From NCBI RefSeq assembly GCF_009914755.1, contig NC_060931.1: a stretch of 64,000 bases of DNA; one strand, given 5' to 3'. This stretch comes from the human T2T-CHM13v2.0 reference genome, Homo sapiens. The stretch's first letter is position 1; the number at the start of each line of letters is the position of its first letter. Shown piece after piece: positions 15,150-29,000 of this stretch. The notes beneath the pieces were generated by a model. It was not told the origin of the DNA. It worked only from the letters and a program-made list of their open reading frames with translations, and made no database searches. A program made the position numbers and the translations under genes.

Positions 15150-16176
15150 ACATATAAAACTTTAATTAGTGGATCCCATTATTGGTATTTAAATTGCTTA
15201 CAGTTTGCCATTACACCAAAACTAGAATAAATATCAAGTTCTGATTATTAATGAGGTTAAGTACCTTTCACTATGTGGGTATCATCTTTGATGAAGTGTT
15301 AAATATTTTGCCCACCTTTCTATGGGGTTGACCTTTTCTTCACTGATTTAGTTTTGTTTGGTTCTGAACATAGTTTCAATGAAAGTCTTTTGTTGGTGAC
15401 TCTGTGACTACCTTAATGCTGTTTTTTGCTTAACATGAGTTCTTAATTATAATATAGTCACTTTATGCCTTGTTAAAAAAAATCCCTCTATCCAACCATT
15501 AAGAAGATATTTTAACATTATCCTCTAAAGGCTTTATTGTTTTGCCTTTACATTTAAAACTATAATCCAAATATAACTGATTTTATGATAATGGTCCAAT
15601 TTTTTCTTCTACAGAAACACTCAATTGTTCAAGCACAAATTACTGAAAATATCAACCACTCCACATTACAGTGCCACTTTTGTCATAAGTATTCATGGAC
15701 CTGTTTTTGGTCTCTCTTCTTCTGTTCTGTTGTTCTATTTTTTATTCTTTCACATATTTCCTTTGGCCTTCATTTCTTCCCTCTATTTTTGAGACTCTTA
15801 TAAAATATGAGATCTTCTTACCATATCCTCTGAGTCTTATCCTTTCCTTCTGTTCAGTATTTTCCATACTGCTCTTTCATGCTGCTGCTTATATAGCTTC
15901 TTCTGAACTGTATCTTCCAGTTCACTAATGCCCACTTCAGCTTTGTCTAATGTTATGTTTGCAACACTGAAATAATTTATTTCCTGATCTAAATTTCTAT
16001 TTAGTTCTTTGTAAAATCTGCCTTGTCATTTTTTAAAGTTTCCAGTGTACTACCATTATGTCCTGATCTCTCCTTTTACTTTTGCAACTTAGCATGATGG
16101 TTTTCTGTTTGATAATTCCAATACCTAAAGATTTTTTTCTGTTGTCTGTTGGTTTTGCTGCTTCTTGCTCTTGGTG

Positions 16177-16230
<54 letters not shown>

Positions 16231-16800
16231 CTGGTTAAATTTATAAGCTGAACACTGGATATAAAAATTATATTATTATTAACTTTAGGCCTAGGATAAT
16301 GATACCTTCTCCTAGAGGCAATCTGTTTCTTCCAGAGAGCTGCGGACATTACGAGTCTACATATCTTAATTCAGGTTTGACCACTTAATCCCAGGTTGAA
16401 CCACCAACAGGACACAAGGGCAGAAAGCAAGTTCATGAGAGGGCTATAACACACATGGCTCCACCCTCTTCTTTCAGTGTGTAAGCGTAAAATGGGAGGT
16501 AATTTACCAGAGATCTCACTTCTGGAGGCCCTGGGCTTGGCTTTTATTTTTGCCACTCTTGAGGGGACCAAAAGTGCAGCTCAGCTTTGAAAACAGTTTC
16601 CTCTATGTATACAAATGCCTGCAAGGCACCGCATTGAGTCTTTTCATCCCAGGAAGTATGGTGTGTTTTTCCATTTATTGAAGTCTTCTTTTATAACCTA
16701 CATTGAGGTTTGTAGTAATTTTAAAATAAAAGTTTTATAAGTTTAAAACTTATTTTATGTTTCTGTTCTTACAAATGGAATCAGTTCCAATTTTCTGATT
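15150..16800 (-). mobile_element. Old L1M fragments
   Basis: T-rich degenerate antisense L1 phrases; boundaries approximate. Confidence 0.5.
16178..16228. repeat. (TG)n microsatellite
   Basis: About 25 TG units. Confidence 0.95.
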
Positions 16801-17192
16801 GATTTCCAGGCTATTACATTTTATATATTTACATATTTTTTCTAAACCAGTGCTTCTCAATCTTCAGTATGTTTTTACTATTAGAAAAAAGTATTAAACA
16901 GTTTGATTTAGCAGTGAACTAAGCAAATGATAAAGTTCAATTGTCAATCAATTTGTAGATGACTTAAATGAAAAGCCTAATAATTCAAAATTCCAATTAA
17001 AATGTTAATTGATAGTGATGTTATTCAATACCCTAATGTTGGTTTTGCAACATTGATGATGATATTTGATACAGTAGACTAAATAAGTAGATATTTAGGG
17101 GTCTATTGATCACAACTCATAAATAACAGATGATCTGTTACTACTTGCTTTTTATATTAAAAAATCTTAGAAACTGAGAATTTTATGCTGAT

Positions 17193-17475
17193 TGACAGGG
17201 TCTCACTCCGTCGTCCAGGCTGGAGTGCAGCGGCATGATCACGATTCACTGCAGCCTTGACCTCTCAGGCTCATGTGATCCTACCACCTCAGCCACCCAA
17301 GTAGCTTGGGACCACAGGCACATGCACCACCATGCCTGGCTAATTTTTTTATTTTTGTAGAGACAAGGTCTCCCTATGTTGCCCAGGCTGGTCTCAAACT
17401 CCTGGGTTCAAGCAATCCTCCTGCCTTGGCCTCCCAAACTGCTGGAATTACAAATGTGAGTCATCATGCCTGGCC
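17193..17475 (-). mobile_element. AluJ-like
   Basis: cactgcagccttgacctc and ctatgttgcccaggctgg are J-type features. Confidence 0.9.
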
Positions 17476-18589
17476 CTGTCATACATTTTTAGAAAGCAAA
17501 TTTATCAGGAAAAAATCATTAAGTACTTCTATTAGGTTATTTTGAAAAAGCAAGCTTAGAAAAACAGTATTAAATATTCTATTATGATCACACACAAGTT
17601 AGTATTTTGGCAATACAAAAATTCGTAATCTTAACTGAACAGATGGCAAGTATGTCCAGGGGAAGCCAAAATAAATTTAGGATGTTTTGTCTGCTTGCCA
17701 CTTTCAGAGAGCTTCAATTTTATTGGCCTGCAAACCTTTATTCTATAGCTTCAATCTAGAAGTCATTTGTGACTTTGGAGTACTCCTTACACCTTAATTC
17801 CAAGTAACAAATAAGATCAATTGATTCAAGCCTACAAGTACTTATTCTCCTTTGCTTCTCCAAATTATCCTCAGCTCATTATCAAATTTTAAGACATGGC
17901 TCATATTTCAGAGCAGATATAAACTGAGCACAAAAGAAGACCAATAAACAACCTGTAAGTAATGCCCTTTGAATAAAAGTTGTTACTAGTTATTAGATCT
18001 CTATTCAGCTGGGCTTTCAAGTCATGGTCAAAGTATTCAATGTTTCATATCCTAAAATTTTTCAGATAACAGGAACAAAATTTCTTTATGCAATGTCATT
18101 TTTAAAATGTAACATTTACATAAACATATACGGCTTGTTTGTTTAGAAGCATTCTTGTATGAGTCACCTTATGCAAACCAGATTTGGAAAACATACATAG
18201 AAGTCTAAAGAAAGTAAAGCCCAACTAAGAAACAGTATACGTAAATGCGGCAATATATAAATGGAGAGACTGTGAGAAATCCAGCTTTAAGAAACCACAG
18301 GCGACTTTCAAAACTTTGCTTGTTTCAGGAAATTTAAGAACATTATGAAGGCTACTGTATAATTTTAAAGTCAAATGACTTCTTTACGTGGAAGAAGTAG
18401 GGCATAGTGGAAAGGACCCAAGCTTCGGAGTTAGACTTTTGTTCAATCCCAGCTCAGCCACTTGCTATGTGTACACGAATAAGTTAATTAACCTTTTGAG
18501 TCTTGATTTCTGGAATATATACAGAGATAATTTATGTCATGAGCTTATTCTGTAGATTAGAAATACATATGTATGGCAGTATAAAGTTA

Positions 18590-20460
18590 AAAGAAATGCT
18601 TTCCACATGACCCAGCAATCCCACATCACACTAAAATAAAAGCTTATGTTAACACAAACCCTTGTCTACAAAGGTTTATAGCAGCTTTATTCATAATTAC
18701 CAAAAAACTGCAAATAATTTCAGTGTCTCTCAACTGAGTAAGGGATAAACTGGAACATCCATACAATGGGATATTGCTCACAATAAAAGTAACTAACTTA
18801 CTGATGGCACACAGCAACACAGATGAATCTCAAATGATTTAAATAAGAAGTCAGACTCAGGGCCAGGTGCAGTGGCTCACACCTATAATCCCAGCACTTT
18901 GGAAGGCCAAGGCAGGGAGGACTGCTTGAGCGCAGGAGGTCGAGGCTGCAGTGAGCCATGATTGTACCATTGTACTCTAGCCCACACTGCAGAGCAAGAC
19001 CCTGTCTCAAAAACAAAAGTCAGGCTCAAAAGACTACAATGTTAAATGATTTTACGAATATGACATTCTGGAAAAGGAAAATGTCTAGGAACGGAAAACA
19101 GGTTGCCAAGTACCTGGGGTTGGGAGAAGGACTGACTACAAGGAAGCAAGAGGGAATTTTGGCAGTGATTTAACTGCTCTACAAATTGACTGTGGTAGTG
19201 GTGGTCACACAAATACATGATCCGTATCAAAAAAAAAAAAAAAAAAAAAACGGGGGCACAGATAGTTAATATTTTGTTTTGCAGGCCATACAATCTCTGT
19301 TTTAACTACTCAACTATGCTGTTTACCATAATTACAAGAGTTAATATGGTAAGAAGATATAACAAACATGCATTTACCTCTAGGAACAGTGCTTCAAAAT
19401 AAAGAAGCAAAAAAAAAAAAAGACAGAATTGAAAAAGCAAGTAGACAATTCAGGAACTATAATAGAGATTTTCATCTCTCTCAGTATTACAGAATTAGAC
19501 AGAAAATTAACAAGGCTATAGATACATGAACACCACCACCAACCAACTTAATCTAGCTGATATTTATAGTACACTGTACCCAACAACAGAGGACTCATTA
19601 TTTTCAAGTGAACATGGAATAAAACATGCCATGCCACAAAACAAGTGGCCTAAAAGACTAAAATCACACAGTGTTCTCCAACTACATGGAATTAGAAATC
19701 AATGGAAAGAAATGTGAGAAACTTCCAAATATTAGGATATCACACAACAAACTTATAAATAACCCATGAGTCAAAGAGGAAATTTCAAAGGAAATTAGAA
19801 AACATCTCACCAGATGGCATAGTGCTAGCACAATGGTAGACATATAGGTCAATATAACAAAAAAACTCAAAAATACAACCTTACGTTTATGTTTAACTGA
19901 TTTTAAACAAAGACGCCAAGGCAATTCAATAGGCGAAATGTTAATCTTTTCAACAAATGGTGCTGGGAACAATGAGATCTATATATTAAAAAAAAAAAAA
20001 CAAACTTAGATCCTTATCTCATACTATACTCAAAATGGATCATACACCTAAATGTAACAGTTAAAACAATAATGCTTTTGAAAGAACTGTGACCTAGTGT
20101 TGAGCAAAGAATTCTTAGATAAGATACTAAAAGCAGAGCCCATAAAAGAAAAAGTGGATAAACTGGACTCTGTAAAATTAAAAACCTTTACTCTTGAAAA
20201 CTCTTCAAAAATTTGTATCATTCAGAAAATAAAAACAGAAGCCACAGACTGGGAGTAAACATTTCCAAATCATTTATCTGACAAAGGGCTCGTATCCAGA
20301 ATATATAAGGAACTCTTAAAAGACAAATAACCTCAGCTTTAAAATGAGCAAAAGATGTGAATATTTAAACAACAAAGTAAATGGCTAATACACACATAAA
20401 AAGATGCTCAACATCATTAGTCATTAGAGACATAAATTAAAACCACAATGCTATCACCTA
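18590..20460 (+). mobile_element. Old L1M fragments (3'UTR and ORF2 pieces)
   Basis: catgacccagcaatccca, ttcaacaaatggtgctgggaacaa, aaaagatgctcaacatcattag. Confidence 0.7.
18860..19016 (+). mobile_element. Alu monomer (FRAM/AluJ-like) with TSD
   Basis: Single arm; flanks aagtcagactca / aagtcaggctca. Confidence 0.8.
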
Positions 20461-20991
20461 CAGCTAAAGGGATTCTCAAGTAGATCAACTTTAGGAAAGA
20501 GTAGAATGGAAGGTGAGAATCAGGAAACTGATTCTCTTAAAATTATCTCTGCTGACAGACTCCTTGGAAAGTTTTTGTGTACCTCCAGTGGTACACACCA
20601 TATCTGAAGACCACTAGGTAAGAAAAAGTTTGGAGACCAAGAAAATATTCATATTTGGTTAACAGAATTTGAAAGCCTGGAATGGCATCCAGCATGAATG
20701 AGGCTGACTTGGAAAAGAAAAAGTATTTAGGGCTGGGAAAGGAGCTAGCAGGAGGAGGGGCAAGGAAGAGGGAGGAAAACTCATGCTTGAGTTTTTGACA
20801 TCAACAACATAATTCTGACAGTACCTAACACCAGCAAGTAGAGCAAAGTAAGGACAATATCCTCAGGCCACACCCAAGATGTTTTCCTCATTTGGCTGAC
20901 TCCCACACAGGATCCCTGCCCTAGCCCAGCTGACTAGAAATCTAGCACCATGTCCAGGCAAGTCTTCACATCTCCCTCTTCAAAACACACT

Positions 20992-21124
20992 TCTAGAAAT
21001 CACTCAGCAGCAACAAACTGTTACAAAGCAGAGAGCTGCACCAAGCAGAGCTGACTTTCCTCTAGAAATCAGTCAGCAGCAACAAACTCTTACAGAGAGC
21101 TGCACCAAGCAGAGCTGACTTTCC
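20992..21124. repeat. Two-copy tandem duplication (69 + 64 bp)
   Basis: tctagaaatca...gagctgactttcc occurs twice. Confidence 0.9.
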
Positions 21125-21982
21125 TTTATGCCCCACATCCCAGTCTGATGTACACAGATTATAGTATTTATCACACTGTAATCATAATTGTTTGTTTACA
21201 TGCCAGCCTCTTCCTCCTCCCATTGGAGACTGTGCCACCTTTGACAGACATCCTGAGATCTTCCGCACCCACTATAGTGCCTGGCATATAGTGCATAGTC
21301 AATACATGCTCAATTAATGGAAGACTGGGTTTGTTAATACTGCAGATGCAAACTCCAACTGTACAAATGTCTTTGTCTACAAGAACCTTTTAGAAAACAT
21401 TTCTGGGCAGCAAAGGTACTGTGAAACCCATGTTTTCTTTCTTAGGATAACCTCTAATCTATAATTAAGAACCTGCTATGTTGTTATATATCTGATCACC
21501 TTTTATATAAAACCTTCAGAGAAATGGCTGCATAAAAGAAACATGTTACAGTGAGGAGTCCAGGGAATAGACAGAAGTTAAGTAACCTTGTTCCTGCTAG
21601 TACTAGTGACTCTGGATGTGTCTTCTTTGGCTTTCAGTTTCCTCATGGGTATAATTAAAGGATCAAAATACAATCTTTAAATACTTTCCAAATGTTAGTA
21701 TTCTAAGACTCTTTAATCGATGAGTGTTTCACTAATGAACAGTCAGGAAGCGGGAGGCATCTCAACGCTGAGTGTTCATAACATTTTGGTACCTCTTTGC
21801 TAGAGATCAAATAAATTATCCTCTTGAAACACATTCAGTGCTTCAATTCCATGAACAAAATTAAGAGCAAACATGAATATCCTTTTGAAATCAGGAACTT
21901 GACCTTATAACTTTAATTTCAATTATTGAAGCTAGCATTTTATTACACGTCATTGGGGTTGCTGGACAAACAATAAGCTTAC

Positions 21983-23110
21983 CTGCCAGGAAACTGCTCC
22001 CAAAATCGCTGTTGCAAGAAGACTAAAGAACACCAACTGCTCTGAAATCAAGCAAAAATGGCGCATCCCTTTGGATGCCATGATTCTATCAAGGCTATTG
22101 TAATCTGTCCTGTGAGTAAAATATACTTTATGGCAGTCATTTAATTTGGTATGGAATCCCCAAAGAGTTAAAAGAAAAATAATATGACAAATCATCCAGA
22201 AAATTCCAAAAATGGAAAAGCCAGGTATTACAAAATACCAGAGGTGAGTGTCTCTAAGTTTGAATGCGGAAAGAATAAAAAATGTAAGCTCAATCATTCC
22301 AGCAAAAACGACTGAAAGTCTTCTGCAAATTCTTCCACGGTACAAAAAGGGTTTCCATCTTTCAGTTACTGAAAGTCCACTAAAATAAATGTCAAGGAAA
22401 GGATCAGTTATCAGGCAAATAAAAAAACACGCAAAAGCAATCGGATTTTTGGGAGTTTCCAATGAGGAAAAAAATAACAAAACTGCAAAAATAACTAAGT
22501 TTGGAATAGCTAAGAAAGATTTCATTCTCAGATCAATAATCAGCATAGCCAGAGCTACAACAAGCAAAATGACACTCAGAGACTTCTCCACCAACATAGT
22601 TGTGCTGGCAATGGCAAATCCAACAAGCTCCAGAAATTCAACTGTGGTTAGTAAAGTGGGCCGATGACGGACATAACCAGAAATTCTCTCCACCAGAGAG
22701 CACAATATCCTTAACACTATGGATGTTAGAAGCAAATATTTGGTTGATTCTTCTTTTACATCATTTTTAAAGGATGAATTATCAAGAAAACATAGGAGGC
22801 CAAGCAAGAATCCAAACCAAAGATTGGAGAGACTTAAACTTGCTGCTTCCATTGAAAAATAGTAATAGAGTATGCTGGCGATTCCAAGAACAAAAAGACC
22901 AAGAATAAAAATTACCAAAATTAAGGAATTTGCTGTTTTTTCCCATCTTACGTATAGACCTAAGCATATAGCAACCAATAAATTGATTCTGGCTAAATAG
23001 CCAAGATACCGCACTGAAGAATGCATGTTCACTTCTCTATTTACTTCTTCCAGTCTTGTCATTGCTAAATAGAGACAATGACTAAAGCAATAACGCAGTG
23101 ATTTACACAT
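21983..23110 (-). CDS. TMEM168: TMEM168 first coding exon (exon 2; aa 1-376, multi-pass transmembrane region)
   Basis: [25 protein letters not shown]...AVSWQ with many hydrophobic segments; donor CAG|gtaagc at 21982; 1128 nt, phase 0. Confidence 0.97.
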
Positions 23111-23238
23111 GTAACCAGCAATGTGGGCTTTTCCCTCACGTTACAAAAATTAACCGCTTGTATTTCATCCAGTATATCCAATGTATCCGCAACTCCTATT
23201 TCAACATTTTCTCTTGTGGAAATTTTGTTTATAGTGAT
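23111..23238 (-). other. TMEM168: TMEM168 exon 2 5'UTR portion (128 nt)
   Basis: Polypyrimidine acceptor ttttcttctttttag|ATC with AG at 23240-23239. Confidence 0.85.
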
Positions 23239-24209
23239 CTAAAAAGAAGAAAACAATATTTCAGAGTTAATTTTATATAATTTACTCATTATTTTATATA
23301 AAGATGCATATAGAAAGTGAAAAAATCCAGTTTAAAAACTGAAATCCAGTTTACAACCTGATTTGCAATATCTTAATGAATACTGTTTCTGGCTTAAAAC
23401 TTGGCAGTTTATCCAGACAGACATGGCTGTGCTTTCTACTCATCATATGCTATGACTGCATGAATAGAACTGTTCTTCCAGAGATGGTGAAGAATTCACC
23501 TAATTCATTCTGGTTTAAATATCTGGTTTTTCAACAACAAGGAAAGGTGAAATGTTCGCTTTAGCTTAGATTGTAGCAGGTTTTGGTACAAGAGAAAGCT
23601 ACTTAGTTCTTAAAGTGAATGAAGGACTTCATCGTTACCTCTAATTTGAAAAGCACTTGTATATATTAGTAGTAACAGCAACCATTACGACCTGCCAAAT
23701 ATCCCCTACATCTTTTTACAAGCCAGCTCTAGAATGTTACACAAGGTCTTTACATTGTTTAACTAATAAACTTACTAGAATTAAAGTATTAAAGTTACTC
23801 AGTCCCTAAAGTTGAGCCATAATTCTCCCTGTACTTTTATCTCTATTAAATTACTTTGATTACTAAACTTGCTTTCCAAATCTAAACACTATCTCTATAG
23901 CAAACCAATTCCTGACAAATTCCGAGTCAAAAATGAAAAACTGAAATGCTCACCCTAATAGTCATTATAAAGTAAATGAAGAACTTTTCAATTCTACTTA
24001 AACAAACGTTACTACAAGTATTTGTTAGTGGACCCACGAAATTAAAGCTTCCACAAGTCACACCTAAAAAATGATAGTAGTCAAAAAATGATTTAACCAT
24101 CTATAATAATTCTTCAAAATTTCCTAGTATACTGTTTCAAAAGAACTGATCAATGGTTCACGGTAATGCTATCTAAAGAGAACCCAATCAGATATTTAAA
24201 AAGAAACTA

Positions 24210-24505
24210 GGGCCAGGCACGGTGGCTCTCTCCTGCAATCCCAGAACTTTGGGAGGGTGAGGAAGGTGGATCACTTGAGGTCAGCAGTTCAAGACCAGCC
24301 TGGCCAACATGACAAAACCCTGTCTCTACTAAAAATACAAAAATTAGCCAGGTGTGGTGGGAGGCATCTGTAATGCCTCAAGAGGCTGAGACAGGAGAAT
24401 CGCTTGAACCCAGGAGGCGGAGGTTGCAGTGAGCGGAGATCACGCCACTGGACTCCAGCCTGGGGGATAGAGCGAGACTCTGCCTCCAAAAATAAACAAA
24501 AAAAA
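24210..24505 (+). mobile_element. AluS
   Basis: ggccaggcacggtggctc...A tail; small internal deletion in the right arm. Confidence 0.93.
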
Positions 24506-25660
24506 CCCACGAGTTTTTGATTAGTTTATTTGTACTTTCTTAATAGCTGTACACTAAAAGGCTCAAGAGAAACATGAGAACCTGGAATCAACTCTTAGTA
24601 CTCATCTGGCTGGAGAGGAATGTTACTAAAGCAACCTTAGGGTCTCTGGGAAGTTCCGAGTATTATTACTTATTTTGCTTTTATACGTTCAACAAGCACA
24701 TTTTTTTTTATTTTTACAACTAAGTCTATTTAAGTATTCCAACTGATTTTCCTTAATTACATCTTTATTCACTCATGTCTTAAGGTACCACATAATGTTA
24801 AAGAAAATGTCTTCCTTTGGTATATTTTGGTTTATCTTTTTAACTTGAGTGTGAGAAACTGACAAAATCTGGAATGCATTGAGTTTTTTTTTTTTAAACA
24901 TCACTAATGTGTGTTATAAAATAATTCAACAAATACGTTAGAATATATATCCTCAAAGAGCTGATGGTACAATCTGGGCTCAGACTACTGAACACTGCTG
25001 GACGGGGGGAAGAAATTCACATACTAGGCTAAATGGTGCCACTCTAAATCCATGGAACATCCTTCCCTGGTCAACATTCTTCCCCATTCTTGTGACTATT
25101 CAAACCCCTATTTCCTCTCTTCAAATCTCTGATACCCTACTTCTTCCTACTGCATTCTCACCAGATGACTCTGCCTCCTAGAGAGTCATCAAAAGGGAGC
25201 TCACTTGAGTTTCCAAGTCCACAAACCCACCTCTACTTATATCTCCGAATATAAGGAAAGAAGGCAGTTGCTTCTCTATCTAAGGCTAAACCTTTCAGCC
25301 ATATTGTGCATCTTTCCTTCCGCCTCTTCTAGAACATCAGACTCTCTCCTCTCTCTGCAAACTCTCACTTTTATTTTATCCATTAGTATTTAAACATTTA
25401 TAAATCTGTTTCTTTTAAAAACAATACCAAAAAAGTAAAGAAACAAAACAAAAACAATCCTTGCTCATCCCCATATCCTCTATGAAGCTCAATCTCGTGT
25501 CCTTTTGACAGCTGGTATTTAGTTGCTTCACTTCTTACCCATTCACTTTTCAAACCACTAAATGGTGTTTCCCACCACACAACTGCTCTGCTAAGTGTTG
25601 AAATGACCTGTAAATTCCTAAATCCAATGGGTACTTTTCACTCAGTATCCTGCATATTCT

Positions 25661-26422
<762 letters not shown>

Positions 26423-26738
26423 TAATTTATTGGTTTCCCCTCCTCGGTCTCCTTGAAGGTTCTTCATTCTCAACCCATCCTTTGGATGTTCAACCCCAAA
26501 CCTAGGCTTTTCTCTCACTATATACTTTCTCTAAGCAATGTCATTTATTTCTATGTCTTTGATTATTATCTCTCTACTTAAGTGCACACATATATTAATC
26601 TACCTATAGAAAATGAAGCACCAGCTCTGTTCTGCACTGTTAACAGAGGTAAATACCTGGAAACAAAGTAAATGTAAACATGTAAAAAAAAAATTAGTGA
26701 AGTACAGTGCATCCATATAATGCAATATATGCAGTTAC

Positions 26739-26829
26739 CTTCCTATGGACCAAAATCAACATGGCAGATTGTTTTTAAATGGCTAATTTACAAAACTCTT
26801 CCCCATTCTGATCTTCTTCAAAAGACAGC
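26739..26829 (-). other. TMEM168: Candidate 91-nt alternative 5'UTR cassette exon of TMEM168
   Basis: Acceptor ttttctgttattctctaactcag|G and donor AAG|gtaact; no transcript evidence available. Confidence 0.5.
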
Positions 26830-28189
26830 CTGAGTTAGAGAATAACAGAAAAACATTACATTCCTTTTCAATCGGTTTGCCGTCACTAATGATTCAATGG
26901 ACAATTATTCCAGAGGTAGATGAAAATGGACCATAGAGGAGTCAATATGCATATGGGAAAAGCTAACCAATCACTGCCAGAGTCTGATTATTTCATAAAA
27001 CCTTACATACTATTCTAACCCTCCTCTCCACCATCATCTACATTTAATCCTCACCAAGTCCTGTCTACTATTCTTCCTAAACATTTTTTAAATGTTTCTA
27101 CTTCTCGTCCCCAGGGTCACCATCCCAATTTTGGCCACCATCATGTTGAACATTTCCCTGTATCCACTCTTGCCCTCTCTAAGAAGTGTACTTTTTAAAA
27201 CCAAAATTTAGCACTCCACTATGTAAAATGCTCCAATGGCGTCCCATCACCCTTAGCAATAAAGTCAAAACTCCTTACAGTGCCTTATAAGGCACTCCGT
27301 GTTGGGCCTGAATAACTCTCCTGCCTTATCTGTTACCAGTTTTCCTCTCACACTTTATTTTCCAACCTTACTGACCTTTCAATTACAAACTGCACAAATG
27401 CTATTCCCTTGCCAGGTACACTCCTTTTCCTCCTCCTGGCCCCACCCCAGTGCTCACACCTGGCTTATTCCAACTCTTCAGGTCTCAGATAAATCATTTT
27501 CTTAAGAGATTATCCCTGCCCCCTCCCCATTACATGACCCCCATACTTTCTCTGTTACATACCATCACTTATTTCATGTCTGCATTTCCCACTAGATCAA
27601 AAGGTCTCTGAGGGTTTGTCTTCAATACTGTACACCCAGTGACTAGCAAAAATCCGGCATCAAGAAGGTATTCAATAAATACTTGTTGAAAAATAAAGAC
27701 TAATAAAGAAATAACTACATTTAACAACAATAGTCACCATTGGACACTTACTAATGCCTAAAGAGAATACAGAACTTAGCTATATCCCACAACTAATAAC
27801 TAGTAGAACTAAGGGAGAGTCCATGAATGTTTGGTTTCTATTTCAGCTTTCCACCAGTCTTTACTTAATTCACCCAAATTCTTCCAAACCAATTCTCTCT
27901 CCATGTCCTACCTCTAGGGAATGGCTTGAGGCATACCGTATCACTTGCATTATCTTTCACTCAGAAACTCTGTCCCATCTAGAAGTGTCAAGGCTGAAAG
28001 AACTACACTGAAAAAACAGGGAATTTCAGTGCTTCAGTTCTGAATTACTGATAACTCTTTGAGCCATCTCATACGAGGAAAATGTCATCTAGAATATCAA
28101 ACTCCTCAGCACTAGAGCAGCAACAGCAATTTCTCTCCCTTTCGGCCTCCTTCTAGCGAGATGTGGGAGGTCCGACAAGGAGCTTGGCT

Positions 28190-29000
28190 GTTCTCCACCA
28201 TCCTCTGCCTCGGAGAACGCGACCACAACGTGGCGCCCAGTTGAGGGGGAACCCTTGCGAAATACGGAGAGGCGCTCCCACACCCTCCAATCTCCAACCA
28301 CCACTGTCAACTCCTCCAGAGGCAGGTATCCTACCCCGGCCCTGGGAGGCCGACTGGGCGGAGCTTGGGGTCCGGACCACGCGGAGCCCTGGCAGTGTCT
28401 ATGCCTAGATCTCGCCGCCCTGCCGTCCACCCATTTCTCCCTACCTGACTCGGCCGTCGCCACCAACGCGCTCTCCCAACCCTCGGAGTCAGTTCCAAAA
28501 CCAAACCAAAAAGGAGGAGAGCAGACAAGGCTTCAGCCTGCGACTGAGAACAGGGAGGCGGCACGCCTTGGGGAACGAGGGCCCGAGGCCATACGCGCTA
28601 ATACAGGCCAGTGTCGGCGTAAACTTTCTCCGTTACCGGCCCGGCCGCGACCGCCATGTTTCCGCCGCCGAAATCCGCGACGGTACGGAACGCCGCCGGG
28701 GTCAAACTGCGCGGCGCGCCTCCTTCCCGAGGCCCGGCCCCCTCCCCGCCCAAACCCGCGCGCCGCCACACACTCAGGTGAGCAAGGCGCTGCGCGAGTG
28801 TCAACTGCCCCACCTAAGGCGCCTGCCTTCCTCAAGCCAAAGTCGACTCCTGGGACCTGGAATCAGCAGCTGAGAACAGACAGCGGGAAGACCACCAAAG
28901 ATCAGGCTGACAGTGCCCATCAAGCATCTAGGCCACCGCCTCGGGCTGGACCGAACGGGGACAGGGTGGACAGGACTGCCACGCGTGGGCTGTAAATACT
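28190..29000. promoter_or_regulatory. CpG island / TMEM168 promoter
   Basis: Dense CpG and high GC against an AT-rich background; GC boxes at 28735-28752; CGGAAACATGGCGG (ETS plus YY1-like) on minus at 28651-28664. Confidence 0.9.
28445..28710 (-). other. TMEM168: TMEM168 non-coding exon 1 (5' end approximate)
   Basis: Inside the CpG island; donor CAG|gtaggg at 28444; TSS inferred just upstream of the ETS/YY1 motif. Confidence 0.7.

Noticed and set aside
21950-21982. ORF-track extensions beyond exon limits ([10 protein letters not shown]; also [25 protein letters not shown])
   Set aside because: They are intronic splice-site and polypyrimidine sequence; phase-consistent GT-AG junctions define the true exons
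28230-28250. tggcgcccagttgagggg resembles a tRNA primer-binding site
   Set aside because: Only ~8 nt match and no adjacent LTR or gag
28255-28995. 246-aa plus-strand ORF and overlapping ORFs in the CpG island
   Set aside because: Non-ATG start, Arg/Pro/Ala-rich composition and no domain; expected from stop-codon scarcity in GC-rich DNA
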